This document shows, piece after piece, positions 6,661-14,836 of a stretch of DNA of 17,225 nucleotides (the first letter of the stretch is position 1; every line of letters begins with the position of its first letter). A program made the position numbers and the translations under genes. The notes under the pieces are model-generated. The model did not search any database. It had not been told where the DNA came from and was given only the letters and a program-made list of their open reading frames with translations. This stretch comes from a virus (taxonomy: Duplodnaviria > Heunggongvirae > Uroviricota > Caudoviricetes): the IMG/VR virus record IMGVR_UViG_2537561992_000019; one strand, 5' to 3'.

Positions 6661-7224
6661 TCATTGGTTCTCCCCCTGTGTCGCTTCTACTGCGATCTGA
6701 CTGGCGTATTCGTTAATGGTAACGATAAGTTCTTGCTCGGCCTCATCCAGACAACTACCGATACCTCGCCTGTCCACTTCAGAAGCATCGAAATCTGCAC
6801 GAAGCCTGGCGACCTTCAGGATTGCGGACAACACCTCATCAGGGATTGCCGGAGAGTTGGTTGACGTTTCCGAGATTATCCGAAAATTATTGGTTGACGA
6901 ACCCTTATTTTCCCGAAAGTTTCCAGCCTGAAGCATGGCGGCGCGGTGACACCAGATAATCCAGCCAAGCGCCATATCCCATGCCATGTATTCTCTATCG
7001 CCATTTTTTGCTCTGCGGCGATCTACAGATTCCCCGAAACGCTTCTCCATAAATAATTCATAGGCTGCCCGTTCATCCGATACTGATGCCAGTGATGCCA
7101 GTGCAATTTTTAATGCGGTAAGCATGTTGTTTTGATCTTCATCGAGTCCGAACGGTATTTCATCCCGTGATGACTCAATTCCGGTAATCGTGTACTGTAG
7201 CCATTCTTTGGTTAATTCAGTCAT
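6661..7224 (-). CDS. hypothetical protein, 187 aa, acidic, predicted helical
   Basis: ATG at 7224..7222; GC hairpin ACCGCCC-TTTC-GGGCGGT at 7234..7251 just upstream. No recognisable motif. Confidence 0.6.
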   Translation of the reverse strand: MTELTKEWLQYTITGIESSRDEIPFGLDEDQNNMLTALKIALASLASVSDERAAYELFMEKRFGESVDRRRAKNGDREYMAWDMALGWIIWCHRAAMLQAGNFRENKGSSTNNFRIISETSTNSPAIPDEVLSAILKVARLRADFDASEVDRRGIGSCLDEAEQELIVTINEYASQIAVEATQGENQ

Positions 7225-7350
7225 TTTTCACTACCGCCCTTTCGGGCGGTCTCCTGATGTTCTGAGGGTGCAGGAATCCCTCCGGTTAAGGATTTAATAA
7301 AAATCATTTCTGATTTAAATTTTCAGTGTTTAGTTGTTGGTTTATAGCCT

Positions 7351-7662
7351 TTATGCTTCGGCCTTATTTCTCAGCCATACACAAACAGGACCATCTTCGG
7401 TGTCATGTATCGAACCGATAAACCATCCCTCACCTTCTGGTCGCTCAGGTTCCCATGCTGAAATATCAGGGCCATCTGCGTCCAGATTAAAATCATCTTC
7501 ATCCATACTACGGATAGCCCACTGAAGATTATTTTTCTCCATCCAGGCGTTAAACTCTTCCGTTGAAATATATTCCCGACCATCACAGAATTTTTCATAT
7601 TCAGGATGCGTCCAGCAGCCATATTCATTACGTTCCACTGGCATTTCTTTAATTGCGCTCAT
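7351..7662 (-). CDS. hypothetical acidic protein, 103 aa
   Basis: ATG at 7662..7660 preceded by AAGGGGGG; ATGA overlap with the upstream gene stop. Confidence 0.6.
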   Translation of the reverse strand: MSAIKEMPVERNEYGCWTHPEYEKFCDGREYISTEEFNAWMEKNNLQWAIRSMDEDDFNLDADGPDISAWEPERPEGEGWFIGSIHDTEDGPVCVWLRNKAEA

Positions 7663-7847
7663 TTACCCCCCTTATTTAATTTTCTACGACACTTTTTACA
7701 ATCATCTGGACTTTCGAATGTATCCGGCTCACGCTCATTGCCAAAATACATCCACCCACCGCAAGTACTTGTTATTTCACCTTCAGCAAAATAATGATGC
7801 TTTTTCGCCATAAGTGGCCTTGCCCAGCCCGGATTCGTTTTACTCAC
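7659..7847 (-). CDS. hypothetical small Cys/His-containing protein, 62 aa (GTG 7847) or 50 aa (ATG 7811)
   Basis: CGG...CKKC plus HH residues suggest possible metal binding; overlaps both neighbours. Confidence 0.5.
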   Translation of the reverse strand: MSKTNPGWARPLMAKKHHYFAEGEITSTCGGWMYFGNEREPDTFESPDDCKKCRRKLNKGGK

Positions 7848-8200
7848 TTGTTGCCTCCTTTGCGAAGCTCTGCGACTAACTCGTCACATATGTGCGTCAA
7901 AGAGCAAAGTTTGATTGCTGGATGTTCGCGCACCATCTCCACACCCTGCGCCCGCAATTCTGCCAGAAAAGCGTAGGGGTCAGTTTTTTCACTGTGGTAC
8001 ATGGCATCATAGATAATCATTGCAGCGACACCTGCCTGTCCTGCATCTGTGACGGATATATGCTCAAGGGCTACGGCCATTGCGTGTTTCAACCTCTCAT
8101 TTTCCACCTCAAGCACCACACGATTAGCCTCCAGCTCTTCTATGCGTTTTTTTGCTGCTCCCAGCTCAACACGCAGCTCCTGATAGTTAATCTCGCTCAT
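7844..8200 (-). CDS. hypothetical protein, 118 aa, N-terminal coiled-coil-like segment
   Basis: ATG at 8200..8198 preceded by GGGAGGAAGGAGA; heptad-like LRVELGAAKKRIEELEANRVVLEVENERLK. Confidence 0.6.
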   Translation of the reverse strand: MSEINYQELRVELGAAKKRIEELEANRVVLEVENERLKHAMAVALEHISVTDAGQAGVAAMIIYDAMYHSEKTDPYAFLAELRAQGVEMVREHPAIKLCSLTHICDELVAELRKGGNK

Positions 8201-8421
8201 TCTCCTTCCTCCCGCACTGCTGTTTTATATGCCCGAAGCACATGCGATGTTTTTCCTGACACAGTGCTTCTCAGAAAGAAAATTCCACTGGTGTTTATTA
8301 CCAGATACGGGTCAGCAAGACGCAGCATATCCAGTATGTGATTATGTTTTCTTGTTTCCAGCACCGTACTGGAAATAAGCATATGTGACACGGGGCCGAA
8401 ATCATGATATCTGATTTTCAT
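8197..8421 (-). CDS. hypothetical protein, 74 aa
   Basis: ATG at 8421..8419; stop overlaps the downstream start (ATGA). No motif recognised. Confidence 0.5.
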   Translation of the reverse strand: MKIRYHDFGPVSHMLISSTVLETRKHNHILDMLRLADPYLVINTSGIFFLRSTVSGKTSHVLRAYKTAVREEGE

Positions 8422-8442
8422 ATCATCACCCTGCTGTAAAAA

Positions 8443-9141
8443 TTACCCGTTATCTCCTGTCGTTATTTTCTGTATGACATCACGATGCTTATTAATTTCC
8501 CGCAGCGCGGCGCATAAGCGCTCCCACTTCTGAACCTGACCTTTTGCCCGGCGCAGCTCGCGGTTAGCCACATGCAGCGATGGTAAAATCAGACCATCCG
8601 GATGCTTTCTGATGAACGACGACTGTGACTGCACTGTGACCGCCACACTTTCAGTTTTAATTTCTTCCTGTGTTTCCGCTTCCCGGACTGGTAACGCAAC
8701 ACCTGCCGGCTGAGGAAAGGCTTTACCATCGGTTTCCGTTACCGATGCAGCTTTCGGCTCTGCCGGTAAATTATCGCCCGGTATGCAGTAACGATATTGA
8801 CCGTCCTGATTTACGCGAATCAGACGACCTTTGCTGACAGCCATCGCCAGTGATGAATTCGCCCGGCGGGAGGTAATCCCGAACATTAACGCCAGTTCGT
8901 CAGCCGACTGAGGACCATGCTGTTCAATCGCGTTAATCAGCATCTCTGCAGTGGTTTTTGGGGCCGCTTCAGTTGCCTCACTCGTCAGCCACCACATCGA
9001 CCCCTTGTTATCAGCTTCGCCACGACGCTTCAGCTTCCAGAGTTCGGTAACAGCATCGTCACGGCTGATTTCAAGACGGGCTGCAATCTCGTGCGACGAG
9101 GCTTTTTTCAGTGCTTTCAGTGCGTCAAAAACGGTTTCCAT
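8443..9141 (-). CDS. hypothetical phage protein, 232 aa, with two winged-helix-like segments (possibly DUF1627-like)
   Basis: ATG at 9141..9139 preceded by GGGAGG; the track ORF starts 22 codons upstream without a Shine-Dalgarno. Confidence 0.6.
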   Translation of the reverse strand: METVFDALKALKKASSHEIAARLEISRDDAVTELWKLKRRGEADNKGSMWWLTSEATEAAPKTTAEMLINAIEQHGPQSADELALMFGITSRRANSSLAMAVSKGRLIRVNQDGQYRYCIPGDNLPAEPKAASVTETDGKAFPQPAGVALPVREAETQEEIKTESVAVTVQSQSSFIRKHPDGLILPSLHVANRELRRAKGQVQKWERLCAALREINKHRDVIQKITTGDNG

Positions 9142-9175
9142 TAAATTTTCCTCCCGGTAAAAATTACTTCTCAAC

Positions 9176-9838
9176 TCAGACAAAACCGGCCGCCTTCCGG
9201 CGCTCATATTCCTGTTTCAGCAATTCAATTGGCGTTGGCCCTGGCGGGCGTTTGGGTGCTGCCAGTTGTCGCCGGACTGGCGGAACACTGAGGCCATTAC
9301 CAACATGCTTTGCCCATTTCGTCAGCTGCCTTTCCACAAGCCGTTTTAACTCCCCTTCGGTCATCTGGCGCTCAATCCCCTTTGAACGCATCTCGAGGCA
9401 AATGTGGTACAGCACCGGCTGTGGCCACGGGTATTTATCACTCCCGTCGTACCGCCAGGATTCATTCCTCCAGCGACGGTATTCCTCCATCACGGCATCC
9501 ACCGTCAGGCCAAATGGATTTGCCCCGCTCTCCGAAATCAACGCCACAAACTCAGCCAGATCCGGAGGCCACGTTTCACCCGCCCGGCAGCGGTCCATGC
9601 ACCGACGGCAGATCTGCCGGATTTGCTGTTCAGTCATCGCGCCAATCTGAGCAATCCAGAGTTTCGACGGCGCAGCCCCGTTCTTCTGAGTCCAGCGGTT
9701 CGAATACACCTCCCCCATAAGCTCCCACAGCTTCCAGGCCGTTTCCGTTGCTGATAAATCCGTTTTCACGTTCCCACTGTTCGCGTGCAGCCCGGATTTC
9801 CTGAACTGCCCGTGATGCGGTGCCACCTGGTGCTGCAT
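9176..9838 (-). CDS. replication protein P-like (helicase loader), up to 220 aa
   Basis: C-terminal half resembles lambda P as I recall it ([17 protein letters not shown] vs ESYPWKSNAHYWLVTNLY). ATG 9838 has AGGGGG upstream; alternative starts at 9718 and 9637. Confidence 0.65.
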   Translation of the reverse strand: MQHQVAPHHGQFRKSGLHANSGNVKTDLSATETAWKLWELMGEVYSNRWTQKNGAAPSKLWIAQIGAMTEQQIRQICRRCMDRCRAGETWPPDLAEFVALISESGANPFGLTVDAVMEEYRRWRNESWRYDGSDKYPWPQPVLYHICLEMRSKGIERQMTEGELKRLVERQLTKWAKHVGNGLSVPPVRRQLAAPKRPPGPTPIELLKQEYERRKAAGFV

Positions 9839-10667
9839 GGCTTACCCCCTTGCTGACTGGTTTTACCTGTGCCCTGACGTGCTGCACGTGGCGGGCAAAT
9901 TTCTGCTCCCACTGAACCTGCGTGAAAACCTTCCCCTCCGCCATCCAGTAATCCCGGAATGCGGCAAGCTCAGCAGGTGTAAACTCAGGCTCAGGCAGAG
10001 CCATACCCCACACTGCTGCCCGCTGTCGAAAATCCGGCGACGGTTGCCAGACTCCAGTCATCGGAAATTTCCCGATCGGTTCGCTCAGGCCGTCCAGGTA
10101 TTCAGGTTCGGCTGTCTGCAACGACGCGTCATTCAACTCACCGGTCGTAGCACTCTCGCGCATGCGCGCGTTATGTGTGGGGTTTAATTCTTTATCTGTA
10201 TCTGTATCTGTCGTGATTTGTCGTGACATATGCGTGACGCGTCGTGACTCATCGTGACAATCAGTGTTCTGCTTCCGCAGTCTTTCCCGCTCCCGCTGCG
10301 CTCTCTTGCGCTCTGCCGGGGATTTTGCGGTTTGCGAAACATTACCGTTATCCTCCTTCATCACCTGGCGTTTTTCCCATCCGGAAATAAGATCACCATC
10401 CAGAACTCGCCCCTGCATTGCATGCAAAATTGAATCAATCACGTCTTCCGTCACATCAAGCGCACTTGCTAAATCTTCCGTCGTGACATCAATGTGACCA
10501 CGTAGTGACACGCCGTGACATGTCGTGACATTTCGTGACGCACTCACCAGAAGGTGGATATACACCGCCATCACTGTTGCGATTGGCTGTCCTGAGACCC
10601 TGGCAATGGTTCGCCATTTGGGATCATTTGGCATGTCATGCCACAATCTGAGCCAGGCATTAGCCAT
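9630..10667 (-). CDS. replication initiator O-like protein, 345 aa, with origin iterons inside the coding sequence
   Basis: ATG at 10667..10665 preceded by GAGGTGA; two internal GTGAC iteron arrays; immediately upstream of the P-like gene. Confidence 0.7.
   Translation of the reverse strand: MANAWLRLWHDMPNDPKWRTIARVSGQPIATVMAVYIHLLVSASRNVTTCHGVSLRGHIDVTTEDLASALDVTEDVIDSILHAMQGRVLDGDLISGWEKRQVMKEDNGNVSQTAKSPAERKRAQRERERLRKQNTDCHDESRRVTHMSRQITTDTDTDKELNPTHNARMRESATTGELNDASLQTAEPEYLDGLSEPIGKFPMTGVWQPSPDFRQRAAVWGMALPEPEFTPAELAAFRDYWMAEGKVFTQVQWEQKFARHVQHVRAQVKPVSKGVSHAAPGGTASRAVQEIRAAREQWERENGFISNGNGLEAVGAYGGGVFEPLDSEERGCAVETLDCSDWRDD
10211..10258. repeat. iteron array A: five (T)CGTGA(C/T) repeats at 10-11 bp spacing, next to an (ATCTGT)x3 tract at 10194..10210
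   Basis: Repeat starts at 10211, 10221, 10232, 10242 and 10252, read directly. Confidence 0.6.
10483..10539. repeat. iteron array B: six GTGAC repeats at 10-11 bp spacing
   Basis: GTGAC at 10483, 10494, 10505, 10515, 10525 and 10535, read directly. Confidence 0.6.
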
Positions 10668-10735
10668 ACTCACCTCATCTGATACCGAACTTTACCCTCG
10701 AACATCCGGAATAAATCCGGCATGAATATTGTTGG

Positions 10736-11161
10736 TCAATGCACGACAACAGCATTACCAGGCTGACCACCACTGTTAGTCAGGGTGCCCCAGGCGATCG
10801 CCGCTGCGACAAAATCATCCACATCTTTCACCAGCCGATCCCTCCGTTCGACGATCTCACGGTAATATTCAGAGCTGTGACTGCGCATACGGGCCACCAG
10901 CAGAGGCGGCATTGCCTTTTCGATCGCCGGTAACAGAGCCTGAATTTTTTCAACAGCATCAGGGGTGTCTTTATCCAGCCAACGGAAAATTTTCTGGGTA
11001 TTACGAGCCAGGGCTTCCGGATGGCTGTCGTCGTACAGTTCCGGGAACGTCATCCCCAGCTCGAAATAAGTCCGGGCTATTTCAGCTGCAGGAACTTTCT
11101 CACCGTCCGGATAGGCCCAGGCATTGATCGCCATGCGGATGTGCTCATGTTTGATTTTCAT
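10736..11161 (-). CDS. YdaT-like protein at the cII position, 141 aa
   Basis: Starts MKIKHEHI...; its ATG overlaps the stop of the cro 3' fragment (ATGA). Family call is from recollection. Confidence 0.5.
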   Translation of the reverse strand: MKIKHEHIRMAINAWAYPDGEKVPAAEIARTYFELGMTFPELYDDSHPEALARNTQKIFRWLDKDTPDAVEKIQALLPAIEKAMPPLLVARMRSHSSEYYREIVERRDRLVKDVDDFVAAAIAWGTLTNSGGQPGNAVVVH

Positions 11162-11307
11162 GAATCCCCCTTTCCTTCGCCCTGAGTGGTATCCTTCTTT
11201 TTGTAAAGTTCTGGGTTCAAAGATAATTTCCCCTTGGAGTATGCAGCAGCTTCCGCAGCCCTCCCCTTCGGAACTATTTCACCAGGACGCTTACGCCACA
11301 TGTAAAT
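11161..11307 (-). pseudogene. cro: cro-like gene, 3' fragment (48 codons plus the duplicated ATT codon)
   Basis: Joins in frame with the 5' fragment at 13535..13615 once the IS and inverted segment are removed. Confidence 0.7.
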
Positions 11308-11350
11308 TGAGGTGTACTGGCAATAGCGGACACTACCATTTGTTCTTTTT

Positions 11351-12255
11351 TTAAGCAGCCATCTGATGATATTTTTCCCTGAAGGCTGCCGGGGAGATAT
11401 TCCCCAGACGAGAGTGACGACGCTGACGATTGTAGAAAATCTCAATGTATTCCCGTATTACTGAGATGGCTTCATCCCGGTTATTAAAACGATAGTGGCT
11501 CAGGCTCTCATTTTTCAGCGTTCCCCAGAAGCTTTCCATCGGAGCGTTGTCGTAACAGTTACCTTTACGCGACATTGATGTTTTCAGACCAAACTGCTCC
11601 TGTATGACCCGGTAATCGTATGCGCAGTACTGTGAACCTCGATCAGAGTGGTGGATTAGCCCGGCAGGTGGGCGCTGGCTCCTGAGCGCCATAAACAGAG
11701 CTTTACCTGTCAGCTCTTTTGTCATGCGCTCTCCCATGGCGTAGCCGACAATTTCGCACGTATAAACATCTTTGATGCCAGCGAGGTACAACCATCCCTC
11801 CTGTGTGGCAACATACGTCAGGTCCGCCACCCAGACCTGATTTGGTGCTGTAGGAGCGAACGTCTGGTTCAGCAGATTTGGCGCAACTGGCAGATTGTGG
11901 TTCGAGTTCGTAGTCGCTCTGAACTTGCGTTTCTGCTTACAGCGTAGCCTTAGCTCCTTACGAAGACGTGCCAGTCGGTCACGACCAACGATGATGCCAT
12001 TCTCTGCCAGCTCCGTCTGGAGCCGCCGGGTTCCATATGTTTCGCGAGTGCGGATATGTGCCACCTTAATCTCCAGTTTTAGCCGCTCATCACTTTGTTT
12101 CTGTCTGAGGGTTCATGCTGTACCCAGTTGTAATAACCGCTCCTGGATACACCAAATACCTGACACATCGCTTCAATGGGAAATTGTTGTCGCCATTGTT
12201 CGATTAACGCGTATTTTTCAGCGACTCCTGTGCAAAATACGCTGTTGCTTTTTTT
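11351..12255 (-). pseudogene. IS3-family transposase orfB, frameshifted by a 1-bp deletion
   Basis: TTT at 12098..12100 where copy 2 has AAAA at 14086..14089, truncating the OrfAB frame. Confidence 0.7.
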
Positions 12256-12506
12256 AATATATCTCGCTCAAGGCGAGCTTCATTTAACGCCTTACGCAGT
12301 TGCAGAATTTCAGATTCCAGTTCAGCCACCGTGCGGGAACCAGGAGTACCGAGCCCTTTTCTGGCGGCGGTAACCCATTGTCCTAAAGTGCCTTCAGGAA
12401 GAGATAATCGGGAAGCGCCTTCACTGATCGAAAGTTGATTTTCAAGAACCGTTCTGACAGCTTCGGCTTTGAACTCTTTAGAGTAACGTTGGGTTTTTCT
12501 GCTCAT
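12204..12506 (-). CDS. IS3-family transposase OrfA, 100 aa
   Basis: Protein identical to OrfA of copy 2; HTH-containing N-terminal transposase part. Confidence 0.85.
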   Translation of the reverse strand: MSRKTQRYSKEFKAEAVRTVLENQLSISEGASRLSLPEGTLGQWVTAARKGLGTPGSRTVAELESEILQLRKALNEARLERDILKKATAYFAQESLKNTR

Positions 12507-12698
12507 TATTAGCTCCTTCTGATGCCATTCTATTTCAGGAAGGAGTGTCCGTTAAACTCAGGCTACCTCACTGTTATACAAAGTGTTCCCGCCGTCATGT
12601 TCATACGCCTCGGGCTGGCTACTTAACCCCTGACCACTGCCGGGTAACTCGAGGTATTGCCCGACGTTCTGTGGGGCGAGGTAGGGTGGTATGTAATA

Positions 12699-12727
12699 AA
12701 TCTAAAAGTATTTAGTTTTTCAGTCAA
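12699..12727 (-). promoter_or_regulatory. candidate PL-like promoter (-35 TTGACT, 17-nt spacer, -10 TAGATT) with overlapping operator 12700..12717
   Basis: Hexamers read on the minus strand; operator ATCTAA-N6-TTAGTT overlaps the -10; palindrome AATCTAGATT at 12732..12741. Confidence 0.4.
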
Positions 12728-12746
12728 GATAAATCTAGATTAATTT

Positions 12747-12772
12747 AAAAAAAAGGTCGGCATTGCCGACCT
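12747..12772 (-). terminator. rho-independent terminator directly after the cI stop
   Basis: Hairpin GGTCGGC-ATT-GCCGACC followed by U8 on the minus strand. Confidence 0.6.
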
Positions 12773-12792
12773 CAAGTAAAGGACGTGGCGGG

Positions 12793-13440
12793 TTATAAGT
12801 TGAACTGTACACCTTTTGCTACGGCAACAATTTTACACTCTGGTGTAAGTAAGGATGACTGATAGCGTGGATTGAGAGGGCTTAAATACACAAGCTTCCC
12901 ATCAATAACTAATTTCTTTATAGTCATAGATGGTTCATTTTTAAGCGGATCCGGAACTATTACAGCGACGATGCTGCCATTTTTATAACTTTCTCCTGGC
13001 CTTAGGATCACAGTAGCACCAACTGGGATACTCGGTGATCCTGATGGGTTATGCATTGTGTCATCAGGCATTGAAACGGCAAAATCACCTTCCTCGACAT
13101 CAAAGAATGTGGTGATCCTATCGACATTTCCCATTGTTTTCTCTCCTTTTAAGATTAGGAAAGAAATCGCCTCACCCCACGAAAGGTAGGGGATCTTGGT
13201 GCCTGAGGTACTTTGTACAAAAGATAATTCAGGAGACGATACTCCATATAGGAGATAGGACTCAGTAGTTCCTAATGCCTGGGCTAACTTACTTAGAGCT
13301 TTGCTACCTGGTTCGTTTAGATCTTTCTCCCAGTACCCTATAGTAACCCCAGTCACGCCTGAAAGCTTACCCAGTTCTACTTGGGTCAGCCCCTTATCTT
13401 TTCTAAGTCTCTTAAGCCTGATGCCAAGGCTTTCCATCAT
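12793..13440 (-). CDS. cI: CI-like prophage repressor, 215 aa (N-terminal HTH, C-terminal LexA-like S24 peptidase)
   Basis: ATG at 13440..13438 preceded by AGGAGAAA. HTH LTQVELGKLSGVTGVTIGYWE; S24 region with Ser in AVSM and Lys in TIKKL, resembling lambda CI (recalled). Confidence 0.85.
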   Translation of the reverse strand: MMESLGIRLKRLRKDKGLTQVELGKLSGVTGVTIGYWEKDLNEPGSKALSKLAQALGTTESYLLYGVSSPELSFVQSTSGTKIPYLSWGEAISFLILKGEKTMGNVDRITTFFDVEEGDFAVSMPDDTMHNPSGSPSIPVGATVILRPGESYKNGSIVAVIVPDPLKNEPSMTIKKLVIDGKLVYLSPLNPRYQSSLLTPECKIVAVAKGVQFNL

Positions 13441-13479
13441 TTTCTCCTGCAAATTGAATATAAATTATTTTAGATTGCA

Positions 13480-13522
13480 TTGACCTAAAAAAAATTATCT
13501 TGTAATCTAAAAATACTTAGAT
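13480..13522 (+). promoter_or_regulatory. candidate PR-like promoter (-35 TTGACC, 17-nt spacer, -10 TAATCT) with perfect operator ATCTAA-N6-TTAGAT at 13505..13522
   Basis: Read directly; drives the cro fragment, which has AGGAGG Shine-Dalgarno and ATG at 13535. Confidence 0.45.
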
Positions 13523-13534
13523 TTAGGAGGTAAA

Positions 13535-13615
13535 ATGCGAGTTGATGAACTTGTCCAGTTTTTTGGTTCTGTTCAGAGGGTTGCCGATTTTTATGGGATA
13601 ACCCGCGAAGCTATT
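13535..13615 (+). pseudogene. cro: cro-like gene, 5' fragment (27 codons), truncated by the IS insertion
   Basis: MRVDELVQFFGSVQRVADFYGITREAI; the next codon is TGA supplied by the first bases of the IS. Confidence 0.7.
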
Positions 13616-13679
13616 TGAGGTAGCCTGAGTTTAACGGACACTCCTTCCTGAAATAGAATGGCATCAGAAGGAGCTAATA

Positions 13680-13982
13680 ATGAGCAGAAAAACCCAACGT
13701 TACTCTAAAGAGTTCAAAGCCGAAGCTGTCAGAACGGTTCTTGAAAATCAACTTTCGATCAGTGAAGGCGCTTCCCGATTATCTCTTCCTGAAGGCACTT
13801 TAGGACAATGGGTTACCGCCGCCAGAAAAGGGCTCGGTACTCCTGGTTCCCGCACGGTGGCTGAACTGGAATCTGAAATTCTGCAACTGCGTAAGGCGTT
13901 AAATGAAGCTCGCCTTGAGCGAGATATATTAAAAAAAGCAACAGCGTATTTTGCACAGGAGTCGCTGAAAAATACGCGTTAA
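13680..13982 (+). CDS. IS3-family transposase OrfA, 100 aa
   Basis: ATG at 13680 after GAAGGAG; contains the A7G run at 13931..13938 near its 3' end. Confidence 0.85.
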   Translation: MSRKTQRYSKEFKAEAVRTVLENQLSISEGASRLSLPEGTLGQWVTAARKGLGTPGSRTVAELESEILQLRKALNEARLERDILKKATAYFAQESLKNTR

Positions 13983-14836
13983 TCGAACAATGGCGACAAC
14001 AATTTCCCATTGAAGCGATGTGTCAGGTATTTGGTGTATCCAGGAGCGGTTATTACAACTGGGTACAGCATGAACCCTCAGACAGAAAACAAAGTGATGA
14101 GCGGCTAAAACTGGAGATTAAGGTGGCACATATCCGCACTCGCGAAACATATGGAACCCGGCGGCTCCAGACGGAGCTGGCAGAGAATGGCATCATCGTT
14201 GGTCGTGACCGACTGGCACGTCTTCGTAAGGAGCTAAGGCTACGCTGTAAGCAGAAACGCAAGTTCAGAGCGACTACGAACTCGAACCACAATCTGCCAG
14301 TTGCGCCAAATCTGCTGAACCAGACGTTCGCTCCTACAGCACCAAATCAGGTCTGGGTGGCGGACCTGACGTATGTTGCCACACAGGAGGGATGGTTGTA
14401 CCTCGCTGGCATCAAAGATGTTTATACGTGCGAAATTGTCGGCTACGCCATGGGAGAGCGCATGACAAAAGAGCTGACAGGTAAAGCTCTGTTTATGGCG
14501 CTCAGGAGCCAGCGCCCACCTGCCGGGCTAATCCACCACTCTGATCGAGGTTCACAGTACTGCGCATACGATTACCGGGTCATACAGGAGCAGTTTGGTC
14601 TGAAAACATCAATGTCGCGTAAAGGTAACTGTTACGACAACGCTCCGATGGAAAGCTTCTGGGGAACGCTGAAAAATGAGAGCCTGAGCCACTATCGTTT
14701 TAATAACCGGGATGAAGCCATCTCAGTAATACGGGAATACATTGAGATTTTCTACAATCGTCAGCGTCGTCACTCTCGTCTGGGGAATATCTCCCCGGCA
14801 GCCTTCAGGGAAAAATATCATCAGATGGCTGCTTAA
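13931..14836 (+). CDS. IS3-family transposase orfB segment, expressed as an OrfAB fusion by programmed -1 frameshift
   Basis: The -1 frame is open from the A7G run to the stop at 14836; first in-frame ATG is at 14018. C-terminal half has the IS3-family catalytic region (HSDRGSQY, MSRKGNCYDNAPMESFW). Confidence 0.8.
   Translation, partial: KKSNSVFCTGVAEKYALIEQWRQQFPIEAMCQVFGVSRSGYYNWVQHEPSDRKQSDERLKLEIKVAHIRTRETYGTRRLQTELAENGIIVGRDRLARLRKELRLRCKQKRKFRATTNSNHNLPVAPNLLNQTFAPTAPNQVWVADLTYVATQEGWLYLAGIKDVYTCEIVGYAMGERMTKELTGKALFMALRSQRPPAGLIHHSDRGSQYCAYDYRVIQEQFGLKTSMSRKGNCYDNAPMESFWGTLKNESLSHYRFNNRDEAISVIREYIEIFYNRQRRHSRLGNISPAAFREKYHQMAA

Larger units (their letters stand above)
11308..12570 (-). 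mobile_element. IS3-family insertion sequence, copy 1, 1263 bp (IS600-like by recollection), likely defective
   Basis: Imperfect terminal inverted repeats TGAGGTAGCCTGAG... and TGAGGTGTACTGG...; orfA/orfB layout; one bp shorter than copy 2. Confidence 0.85.

Noticed and set aside
10211-10539. Short GTGAC-containing direct repeats as a possible CRISPR array
   Set aside because: The repeats are 5-7 bp at roughly 10-bp helical spacing inside a replication-initiator gene, with no 28-37 bp repeats or spacers; they are origin iterons.
11158-11445. 95-aa ORF in the track
   Set aside because: A chimera: its first part reads out of the IS copy 1 end and only the last 49 codons are the genuine cro 3' fragment.
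12176-12373. Identical 65-aa ORFs at 12176..12373 and 13813..14010, and the 120/79-aa ORFs antisense to orfB
   Set aside because: They lie antisense within the two IS copies and are duplicated only because the IS is; no ribosome-binding site or protein-like features.
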